From Botryllus schlosseri (taxonomy: Eukaryota), in assembly GCA_051294905.1 (NCBI GenBank), contig CM119372.1:15564001-15628000 (forward strand): a DNA stretch of 64,000 nucleotides, in the 5' to 3' direction. This document shows positions 23,401-35,400 of the stretch, in pieces. Numbering within the stretch: position 1 is the first letter of the stretch; every line of letters starts with the position of its first letter. The notes beneath the pieces were generated by a model, which did no database searches, was not told the DNA's origin, and saw only the letters and a list, made by a program, of their open reading frames with translations. The position numbers and the translations under genes are program-made.

Positions 23401-26400
23401 ACAACCTAATACTTTCACGGAATGAACAGAAAAATTTCAAATTTTTAGTCATTTATTTTTATATAACAAATAGAAACTGCGGCTACTGGTTGGACTTGAA
23501 CCGCATTTGGTGTGTAGGCTTAAGTTAGGTAACCTAACAATTTTATCAAGTAACCAGTACGATTTGAGAAATAAAGTCATTTTTGAAGACCCGTAATGAG
23601 CAGGGGTGTACGAGTTTTGAGCAAACATGAAAAGGGTGTACCACGTCGAAAAAGGTTGAAGAGCACTGTACTAGAGTCATAATACCATGACTCGGACTCG
23701 ACCTCTGCTCCTTGACTTGAACTCAAACTTGACTCAGTGGTGAATTAAAAATGACTCGACTTGACTCGAGTCAACACCAAAAATGTTAGATTGACTTGTG
23801 ATTCGGAGCCTTGTGACTCTGTTACAACCCTGACGTGGACCCCCAAAAGTTTTAGTTCAAATGTAGCTCATCGCGCAACCGTCATCTGTATAAATATTAA
23901 TTATAGACTAGCGATTAAACAGCAACAAAATGACTTTCTCGAAAATAACATCCTAGTATATGTAGACAGTGTGTGGACTATAATTATTTCAATGCGGATT
24001 CTGCAGCTGCTTTACAATTTTGTAAAGCAATGTAATCGTGTCAAGTAATGTAATTGTGTAAAATCTAGTTACGACTCAATTTTGCCTTTTCAACCCATCG
24101 TATTGCAAAATATATGTCTTGCAATTGCATGCAACAAATCTTACATCCAAGATGACATTTGAATCAGTTTAACCGAGGAAACACTGATCAAAGCTGCTTC
24201 GCCTGGTATGCTCGTGTGAACACCGAATTGCTTTGTGCTGAGACGGCGAAAACCATCCAATACGCGGCCCGCTTGTTCCACCGTTTAGGTTTGAGTCATT
24301 TAGTCTTGGTCCTCGCGGTTCGCGGTTCCGCTCGGCCCACTGATTAATGTAGCAAGTTACGCCAGTTCTGTTGTCCGTTCGTTCCGCCGTTTAGAGTTGC
24401 GCGGCGAATGCAGCATTATCGCCTAACGCTTCCAACAACAACAACTTTGCGTATGATTGCGACATACATGGCACATATTGAGAAAATGAATGAAGCATGT
24501 ACGGCCTAATCATTTCTATCTGCCACCACATCTTGACGTTATTCTGGAATAGCGGTTATGTATATCACTGGAGACAATGGATTCCGCGGCGAGGTTTCAA
24601 TTTCTTTATATGGACAGATGAGGAAAGGAACTTCAGAAATTTCTATTTCAAACGACTGTTCACTAAATTGGTGAGGCTCACAACTGCAAATCAAAAATGT
24701 TTTGTAAATATTTCGAATATTGACCTTATACTACCCCAACTCTTTTTATTATTTCCACAAACCCCAATATATCATCTCTAAACAGCAATATGTTTGTATC
24801 GGTAGGCTATTGGGAATTAGGCAAATAAAATGAATTTGCACTGTGAGATATTTCATTTTTTACGCTCATTCTGTTGATGTTTCAGCAGTTATGAAGGGAA
24901 ACTAAAACTGAAAGCGATTTGTTTAATTTAGGAAAATTCCAATCAGGCTATCAATCATTTTGCAAATTTAGAGGTTTCACGGACCCCTGAAAATGCTCCC
25001 CGGACCCCCGATTGAGAACCACTGATCCAAGCCATGGAGAGATAGTAGTCACAGCATGTTGTCTGTTGTAGATCAGGCCAGCGATGATATCGTGTGCACC
25101 AGGCATATTGCAGGCGCCACTGTTCAGGCCAGCGATGATATTGTGCGCACCAAGCGTATAGCAGACGCGGTAGTTCAAGTCAGCGATAATATCTGCGCAC
25201 CAGTCCTATTGCAGACGCGGTTGTTCAGGTCAATGGTGATATCGTGCGCACCAAGCCTATTGCAGACGCTTTTGTTCGGGCAAGCGAAGATGGCGCGAGC
25301 AAGCAATCAATCAATCACCTAATTTCGCGCACAAATGAAAAACAATCTCAGAGGGAGATCGCGTGTTGTTGCTGTTTGTGATATTCATGTTGTTTGTCAA
25401 CTATTATTTTTATTATGTAGCTTTCGACTTGTAGCACGGCGCACTTCTAGGCGTTAGTAAGATTCCGCTTACGCGGGTGACATGGCGTGCTCAGGTCAGT
25501 GTGCTGGCGATCGACATAGAATGCTCAAAGTCCATATTACCTTGCAATAATAACATCCAACTCTTCGCTTAAGTTATTATCTTCAATACTTCGTATCAAA
25601 TAGGCGATTGTGCGATTGATCATCGGCATGGAACGATCTGCAATGCTTTTGCTGTAAGGCCCACGGGCGTGACCATCCTCATCCGGCTGTTGGAGACAGA
25701 TTAGGGATAACTAGGGCAAGTTTTTGTTGCACTAAAATCGTGAGAAAGTTGCATTTAATTTTAACAAAACTTGCAGTAAAAAGTTGCAGTTATAATTTTT
25801 GTTGAATTATTAGGGAGTGAGATACTCGAAAGGTTCCGTTGTATAATCTAGTTCCTGCGGAGCTGTCTAATTTGTTACTTTATTGATATTTAACGCACGG
25901 TCTATGGCGAAGCTGCCAAAAATTACTTCTTTCCGACACAAAATTCCGCAATGCTGGAATCGTTTCCCCCCAAAAACCAAACAGCATAGCGATCACCCCT
26001 CCCACTAAAACAAGTAAAATAACACACCGAGCGAGATAGTGTAATGGTTATGCGTCCGGCTTCTCGAGCGGTAGGTCGTGGGTTCGATCCCCGGCCGGGT
26101 CATACCAAAGACTCAAAAATTGGTATCCGCATTGATCCTGCTAGGCGCTCAGCAATCACGGATAGCATGGAGGAGAAAAAAAACGGGGGCGCAGACTAGA
26201 TGACCTCATGGGGCCGTATCGCAACTCCGTCGTCAAAGCATCTCGATGGTGCAGGCGAAAAAGAATATCATATCTCTCTCTCTCTCTCACCCAAAACCCC
26301 CTAGGTCTGCAATTTGACCCAAGGCATTACAGAAAAACTCACTCTCGGTGACTTTAACAAAGGCAATAGCCTGAAAAAGGTGACCATACTAGAAATAGTT

Positions 26401-29400
26401 TATACCATGTTTTTTAATCACCCCTTTACATTTCAACGCAATATTTGATAAAAGTTGCAGTACAAATTGGCTTGAAAAATAGAGAAAAGTTGCAAAAAGT
26501 TGCACTATAAAATCCCTCCAAACAGCTTAAACATCATAGTAGATTCTGAGTATATTCGAAGTAGGGATGATGTGAACGTGCGGTTCACGTTCGCGTTCTA
26601 TTTGTGAACCTTGGAAATTTAGAGGTTCACGTTCACAAACGAACCTTGGCAGGTTCTGCACTGAGGACCTTTTTCATAGATTACCATTTTCACGTCATTA
26701 TAATAACATCTTTGGCTGAAATTCTTTGCATTTCAACTTTCCATCACTCTATGCATGATACTGACAGCTTAAAAAATCTACACCAAACGGGCATGCACCT
26801 TGTCAATCTCAAAAATTTACCTGCTTTCTTACAAAAGTTTGCTCAAAATATCCAGCATTCCGTTTGTGAATATTTAGTGACTATCTGATGTGAGCTTGAC
26901 CCGCAATCACACAACATCAAGAGCGAAATACACAACATGTTAGGTACAGGTAGTCAGCGAATTATGCTTATTCAACCAATCAATGAAATTGATATCGTTG
27001 TCTGATATCAAAAATATGGAATTCGTACGTTGTCAATCTTAATTTCATATGCTTATTGTATCATAAAAACCAAATCCGCGCGGGGTGTTAGGATGTTGAC
27101 TACTGCTGTCTCTTAATGGGGAGATATCGGTAGCAAGTATAGAAACCCGTTTTACAGTCCGCTCAATATCAACGTAGCAATACTCAAACGATGAATACAT
27201 TGTCTGGTCTAGCATAGACTGTTAAGGCGTAAGCTTATATTCACTTGCAAGTCCTCGTCTAAATTGTTGGCAAAACGACGGAAGATATTGATTTTATGGG
27301 AATATTATATTATTTGATTGCCCCGGTTCCTACATTTGGCGACGTTCACAACGTCAATATGTAGGCCTACTTCAGCATTGCGGCATTATGTGGCCCAAGT
27401 CGTCGCTAGGTATCGTGCACATTAGGTTATCATTTCTCTAAAACAGTGGTTCCCAACGTGGGCAATATCGCCCCCCAGGGGGCGATTTGGCGATCTAGGG
27501 GGGCGAAAATGACGAAGGGGGCGACGGAGGGGCGAAAATAGACAAAGGGGGCGACGGGGGGCGAAAATAGCGAAGGGGGCGATAGGGGGGCGATGACGCG
27601 TAAAAACGGCTGACCTTTTTTTTTTTTAGTCATCCACCTAGCAATGTGGAGCGAAAAAACGTTATTTTCAGCTCTGAGCGGAGAAAGATGACCTTTTTTT
27701 TTGGTCAACCCGCCGGTCATTACAGTCTGTATGCCCAATTACCGGTGCACAAAATTTGGGGGGCGATGATCGGTGTTGACCTTGAAAAGGCGGCGATTGG
27801 TCGAAAAAGGTTGGGAACCACTGCTCTAAAACGTAGGGTTGGAATTAGCAATATGAAGTCACGAGGTTCACGTTCGCGTTCACATAGAATCTTTCGAAAA
27901 GGTTTTGCGTTCACACGAACCTGAACCTTTCAGACGTTCTCACCATCCCTAATAGAAAGCTGTCTGAAGCTGCCAAAAAGTGTTTCATTCAGACTGAATT
28001 CATATCAGGCATTTTCGAGATGTGACGACGTCACGCTGTTTATGGCATATTAAATAAATAGATTATTGAAGCATTGTATGTTTGAACGAAATATCTTGAC
28101 TCTATTCTTTGTCTGATCCGATCCGATCCAAAACAGATATTTAATTATTTGACAACAACTGTATATTCGTCATCTAGCGTGCACGTGTGTAAACTGTAAA
28201 TGCACGTGAATGATGGTATGTGGTACTAAATAACCGGCGTGGTTGAATTACCCTCCCGGTTCTGCATGAGTATCGTTTGCATACAATGATCCCAAAGTAG
28301 GCCAGAACAAAAGCATTTGGTAATACAAAGTGCAATGTGATTGCTTAAGCATACTTGTTCAAAATAAAGCGCTACGAAGTCAAAGCTGTCGTTTCGAAGC
28401 CATTCCATTACAGTGTCGATCCGTTTCCGAAAAGTTGGCTCATCAACTTCGCTGTTTCCATTATAGACGAGTGAAGCTTTCTTTCCGGCGACTGTCATGT
28501 TGCCTCCTGGATAAAGATGCACTCCGCTCTTTAAACCCTGTGAATAGACATAAGCGTCAACGCTAACGCGATGAATTGATATCCGTGTGGCGTTTCATCG
28601 AATATGGTCCATGTTTGTCGGAAAATTTAACCGCGACGTCGTGATCGTGGTTACGAAATGAAATCGATTCGATAATGGAATTCTGGAAGCTATACGTAGC
28701 CGTATATTAATTAGGCTTGCAGTGTACTGAATGAAATGTATTACCATTAGGGATGGTGTGAACCTCTGAAAGGTTCAGGTTCGTGTGAACGCGAACCTTT
28801 TTGAAAGGTTCTGTGTGAACACGAACGTGAACCTCGTGACGTCACGTGACGTCATATTGCTAATTCTAACCCTGTCTTTCAATAAAGTGATAGCCTATAT
28901 TACTGTACACGATACCTAGCGAAGACTCGGGTCACATAATGTGACATTACAGAAGTACATATTGGCGTTCTAAACGTCGCTAAATGTATCAACCGCGGTA
29001 ATCAAAGGATAGAATAATCGCATAAAATCAATACATTTCGTCGCTTTGCCAACAATTTCGACGAGGACTTGCTATGGAATATAAGCTTACGCCTTAACGG
29101 TCTTAGCCAGACTGGACAATGTGTTCGGACTTCGGAGTCTGAGTATTGCTACATTGATATTGCGCAGAGTGTAAAACGGGTTTCTATACTCGCTACCGAT
29201 ACCGCAAACAACAAGTTATACAGCAGTAGCCAGCACCTTAATCGCACGGATTTGGTTTTAATGATACAGTAAAGATATGAAGTCAAGACTGACCCCGTAC
29301 GCCCGCTTGATTTTTACACCAGAAAACGATATCAATATCATTGATTGGTTGCATAAGCACCATTCGCTGACTACGTATATCGCTAGTGATGTTGTGTGAT

Positions 29401-32400
29401 AGGGGGTCAAGCTCACAGCAGAGAGTCACTGAATATTCACAAACGGAAAGCTGGATATTTCGAGAAAGTTTTTGTATAAAAAAAGCAAGTAAAATTTTTA
29501 AGGTTGTCAAGGTGCATGCTCGTTTAGTGTTGATTTTTTATGCTACCAGCGCCATGCATAGAGTGACCTGCAGTTGAAATGCAATAAGTTTGAACCAAAG
29601 ATCTTATAATGAAGTGCAAATTACAATTTACCAAAAAGGTTCACAGTGCAGAACCTACCAAGGTTCTGTTGTGAACGCGAACCTCTAAATTTCCGAGGTT
29701 CACACACAGAACGCGAACGTGAACCTCACGTTCACACCATCCCTAATTACCATTCATTACGATTATAATATAGCGAAATGGCGGAAGTAAAATTACAGAT
29801 AACTAAGATAAACTAAGGTAAATTAAGGTTTACCATAGTTATTGAAGGTGAAATCAAGAAACCCGACAATGCTTTCACTGTAAAATCGCGCGGTCGTTGC
29901 GGTAAAGGATGAATTTGCAACAATACACCGTGTCGTCGTATTCTACTATACCTGCGACGAAACCGTGGACCATATCGGTTCGTATCCATTGTCCCACCAT
30001 TCCGGGATGCTGAGAGTAGAGTAGTAGTCGTCAATAGGATCAGTGCTATCACTCCGGTTGTAATATGCGTTAAGCACCACCCCATGACTTTCTGGGTACA
30101 AACCTGCAGGCAAACATGCGAAACTGTTCGATATATAAGCACTGAGCAGTTATGTTGCTCTTGAGAGCAGGCTACACTTTTTTCAAACTCAAGCTGTCAG
30201 GACACGCGAAAAGAGTAAGTAAAAGAAGGTAAAAGGTCGGATCGCTCTGTACGGCTGTCTCAGTTATGATCATTTCAGAAATTTAGTACATAGCGGTTAC
30301 CAAGGGCTGCTATACGTTATTTATATGATGCATTGGGATTGCCCACTGCACAGCACATACGTGGACTATTGAAATCAGGGCTGTGGAGCCGGTAAATGTT
30401 ACCAACGACTCCAACTCTGACGCCACACATTTTCTATGGACCGTCTCCGACTCCGACTCCGACTCCGACTCCTAAGTCTTCAAACGTACCGACTCCGACT
30501 CCGGCTCCGACTCCAACAGTATTACCAATTTACTTCGAAAATTATATGCCACAGTGACGGTTAAATGACTATTATATATAACCAATAAACATATGCAAAC
30601 ATATGATTAACGCTGGCATGCGAAATTGTTTAATTTTGGCACAGCTCGAATTATTCACTACGCACGAAAGATTGCCTTTCTAAATTTCCTTCCTTATTCA
30701 TATTTTATCAGTTTTCATTACATGGACTCTCTAATAACCTATATGTATGAATCATTCAAAATCGAGATATATCTAAGCCTGTATAATTAAAATGTAGATA
30801 AAACAATCGGACTGTTGCTCTTATGTATGAGTCAGCAACTAATACAGAGATGGATCTTACTTATTTTCTCATTACACACTGTACTGATTACAAGCACACA
30901 CACTCTCATTACTAATAGATATTGGTCATAAACGAAATTTAGGAAGCAGTCTAATACAGTGCTCTTCAACCTTTTTCGACGTGGTACACCCTTTTAACGT
31001 TTGCTCAAAACTCGTACACCCCAGTTCATTAGGGGTCTTCAAATCTGACTTTTTTCTCAAATCGTACTGGCTTACTTAATAAAATTGTTAGGCTACCTAA
31101 CTTAAACCTACACACCAAATTTGGTTCAATTCCAACCAGTAGCCGCGTTGCTACGGGAGAAGAAAGTTTCTATTTATTATACAAAAATAAAGAACGAAAA
31201 ATTTGAAATTTTTCTATTCACCCCATGAAAGTATTAGGTTGTCTATAAAAACAATGTTCTTCAAATTTGGTTGAATTCCAACCAGTAGAAGCGGAGTTAT
31301 TGCCGTCCAAAAATTTGGATTTTAATAAAATAGTATTTGGTCACAGAGTCTATTCGCAGCCAGTAGGCCGCCCGCCACGCAAATTGGAATTTATTTCGTG
31401 TCAGCCTACAAAACAGCATGACATTACGAACGATAATCAACCTAAATTTAACAGAATTGGGGAGAGAGTAGGTAAAGCTACTGCTGCAGAAGCGGTAATT
31501 CACATCAACGATGATAGCAGGCGCACCAGCCTACTGCGTATCAGGCCTGCCCCACACCACACACAGTCGATAGAAGCACATGGGCTGCAAGAGATGTCAG
31601 TAACCTCAGATCGTATGGCGCTATACACAGTCTATTGTCGCTTATTAGAATCACTAATCTCAAAATACTAAATTGCAAATATGTGGCGAAATACTGGACA
31701 TAAAATCGGCATTTTTAAACAAAAGGGTTTCGATTTCAACATGGAAGCTGTTTCGACTCCGGCTGGCTATGTCACTTCATTTATGTGCATTGCGGTATTT
31801 GTTAACGTCGGATAGGAAGTACCGATTCAAGAAGTCTGAGCTATCGCGGCGGTTTCCTCAAAAATCATTGAAAGACAAATGACTAGCTGAACACATGTTT
31901 CTTCTGCATACTTTCCAACACCAAACAGAATTATTGGTCTATTGCCGACGGCTAAATGAATAGGAGAAATATTTGCTTATGACATCACAATCACGCGGTG
32001 TGCAGTATTGCACTTGAGATAACATCGTACCATATTGCTCATTAACCTGTGCGTCAACCTTTACTGACCCATAAACCTGCCATTGTGATAGCTAGCCATC
32101 GGCTCATTGTAATTCGGATCTGGTACACCCCTGTACACCCCATCCGAGTGGTACACCCTTTGCAAATTCTAGTACACCCCAGGGTGTACGACAACCCCGG
32201 TTGAAGAGCACTGGTCTAATACATAGGCGCCGACTTTTATTTTTACATGGGGTTGGCAGATGAAAACTGGGAGGAGTTTGAATAAAAAGGGAGGAGTTTG
32301 GAATTGTTTCAAATTTACCAAGTTAGCATCAATTTACTACAGTTAAGTACATGCGTAAATGTTTATTGACCATAATACATGGATAGGAAAAGCTTGATCG

Positions 32401-35400
32401 TGTTGAAGAATTACGCGTAGAGGTGCGCGTAAGCTTGCCAGCGAGTCTAGCGGGTAATTAGCGATTCCTCGGTCTCGCTTCAACAACATCTATTTACCAA
32501 CACGCGCGCGAACAATTGAATACGCTACCTCCGTGACGACAATTTCCCAAATTAATACGATTGATGTCTGCTGTGGAATCTGTTCTGTAATGGCACCGAT
32601 TTCAGGTGATTCAGTCCTGTCGGATCTTTTGATAACTTGGCACATAACACATAACACACATCTGATGTTTTAGTATTAGCGCTAATCAAATACGTCCGTT
32701 CGAGTCCGTTCGTAGTCAATTGCGCCGATTCAAAGTTATTTAATTTCACGCTGGTATGTAGACATAGCAGGTAAATCATGCGAGGCTTGTAGCAGACGCT
32801 TATAGTTTAGGCCAGTGGTTCTCAACCTTTTTGTCTTCGCGGACCCCTTCCGGACCGTCACGGACCCCGCGGACCCCCACGAAGTTTTAGATCAAATTTA
32901 GCTCAATTATCATGCAATCGCCATTTGACTTGTGCAAATGATAGCTGTAGGCTTAGTGATAAAGAGCAACAAAATGACTTTTCTTGAAAATAAGATCATA
33001 GTCTTCATGTTGAAATTGGGACTTTTGATATTTCAAAGCAAATTCTGCAACTGCATATCCTAAAATACGTGGTGATGTCTTGAAAATACGCGTCTTCGGT
33101 TTGATATGAACGAGCGCCGAAAATTCATTCCCATAATTTTAGGTTATGGCGAATGTAATTACAACGTGTAATGCTTCCGACGACACATTTGGGTATAATC
33201 GCAACAAATATGGCACCAAAATTGAAAAGCATTTTTTTTCAATGTACATACAACGTCAAGCCTGGTGATTTCTATCTAGCACAGGGGTGTCAAACATACG
33301 GGCCGCGGGCTGCATCCTGCCCGTCAGACCACTTCATCCGGCCCGCGAGCCATTCTGAGTAAATTGAAAGCTCAATCCCAGACTCCGAGATACTCCGATG
33401 AATCTCGTCAAGTATCCGAAACAGTGGCAAGCATGGTACACTTGGTAATGTGTTTTACTAAATTAATGTGATAATATGGTTGGCCTCATAGTATTGTCTA
33501 CTCTCCAGTCCCCAATTGCAGTGCAGATGACTGCTGATTTTTATGCGCTTGGCAATCATTTTTGCATGTTACCTGTCATATTACAACTTTACAAGGTGTC
33601 AACTGTCTGTGTTTTGGTTTTTAATCATAATCAAGAGTGTATTCTGGTCAGAGCTATCCAAAGATATCGGAGACAAAAGTTACAATATTCCGAATTCTCC
33701 GAAACAATATCTGTAGTAAACTCCGACTCCGCTCCGACTGTCTCAAAATCGGCAAAACCCCGCTCGGAATCCACTCCGACTCAGCTCCGATGCTCGTCAC
33801 TAAGCCTGGTGCACGTTATAGTTCATGCCAGCGATTATAGCGCGCAGGCCTGCATGCTGTCGCGCTAAATCAAACCAACGACGATCGCGCACATCAGATG
33901 TCAATGACACATTTCGTAAATAAATCATTCTGACTCTGACTAATGTGCAGTACGCAGCATCGATAATACAAAGTATTGAATTGGCATTTCAAAAGAAGGT
34001 ATTCCTAATTTTAATTGAGAAACTCCTTGGCTACGCACATAGGGTTTTAATAGCAATAACGCGCTGGTTAATATCAGCCAAGGGCCTACGTAGGTCCCGA
34101 CCAGCCAGTCGAATTTGATCGTAAAATGGTGTGATTATGATTATCCAGGTGTTATTGCGTCAAGAGCAATATAGGCGCATGTCGCGACCTTATGATTAGA
34201 AATACAAATCTCGATGGATCCGCGATATGGTTGTGCCCGATAGAGTCAGTCCAGCAATGACGTTTATTGGAACTGAATGTTTCCACTCAAACCAATCGAA
34301 TAAATTCAGAATTTGCGCCACCGAGAATCTCACGTAGCATAAATATTTGAGAACGTAATGCGACGCCGCGTACTGCACAATGTGCAGTATCAATAACAAA
34401 TCAGACACTAACAAGTGACATCGAGGGAATACGAGGTATAAAGCAGACAAGAATAGGTAGCCTACATATAGCCTACATATAGATGATGGCAAACCAGAAA
34501 GCGGGCATCTAATCAGTGATTCCTCGACTTGCGTACAACACAATGGGGTTCCGAGTCTGACATCTCGTCGATTGTTTGCTCATTATAACGAAGTTTGAGC
34601 TGCATTTCTCGATAAACGTTAGCAAAGACTTGTTGGGCAGGGGTGGCCAACCTTTTTGGTCAAAGGGCCACATGCAATTGACGTCCCAGCGTGCGGGCCA
34701 CTAGCCTCGCAAAGCGCGAAATTTTTCAAAGTTTATAGGTCAATAATATTGTTACTTGAGTATATTGCGGGTCTGCTGTATATCGCTGCGCTAAGTTCGC
34801 AAGGATTTGACTATTCGGCGCCTGGACATATCGATATCGAAAGCTTCGGCGAACATGCGTCAATCATGTTGTGCCTATAGGTTTCATCGTCTACGGTCTT
34901 TTTGCGACATACATGATGTTGGACGACACTTTCTCTCGTAATTGCTCAATCTGGTACATTAGGCGTTCTTTCATTTTCAGGGGGGTTAGGTGTAACAATA
35001 TCTTAAAAGCAAGAAATCGAGTGACATTATATTGCGGGAAGCGGAAATAAAATTTTAACTTTAGATAAATCTGCCGCAGAATATTCTGCTTTATTGTGAT
35101 GTACGAAGATCTACCAAAACGCGACTGGCCCATGCATGTGCCAATGCGTCGTAAAAGATATTTTAGTCGTTGCATTTCAAGTGTTGCGCCCAGACTAATC
35201 AAATATTTGGTTGGTCTTGCAAGTGCCCAATATAGGCAATCCATTTTTGATAATATTATTAATTTCGAAAATTACCGCGCAGGCCACTCAAAACCTTCTC
35301 GCGCGCCAAATGCGGCCCGCGGGCCACGGGTTGGCCGACCCTGAGCTAGAGTAATGAATATACGTACTTTGCGCAGGAACGACTTTCAATTCGCAGGCAT

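Larger units (their letters stand above)
20080..23832. mobile_element. hAT MITE with CAGGGTTGTAA TIRs and GACTCG/GACTTG subterminal repeats
   Basis: CAGGGTTGTAA...TTACAACCCTG, TSD tcgcggac/acgtggac. Contains 20321-21321 and 21495-23668. Confidence 0.8.
20017..25024 (+). mobile_element. Old hAT MITE (CAGTGGTTCTCAAC...GGACCCC family), outermost layer of a 4-level nest
   Basis: Sequence on both sides of 20080-23832 joins into the family seen intact at 49231-50143. Right TIR TTGAGAACCACTG at 25024, degenerate left TIR, TSD gtctaaac/atccaagc. Confidence 0.65.

Noticed and set aside
25071..25298. CRISPR-like array
   Set aside because: Head-to-tail tandem units with no unique spacers, in a eukaryotic intron, with no cas genes.
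26026..26100. tRNA gene candidate (A and B boxes), also at 47135
   Set aside because: No convincing acceptor stem, and it continues into a conserved ~190-bp body with a microsatellite tail in both copies, so it is a SINE head.
31267..31671. 134-aa ORF with a 125-aa homologue at 22999-23376
   Set aside because: Both lie within copies of the same non-autonomous MITE, start at TTG and differ by frame-shifting indels; no recognisable domain.
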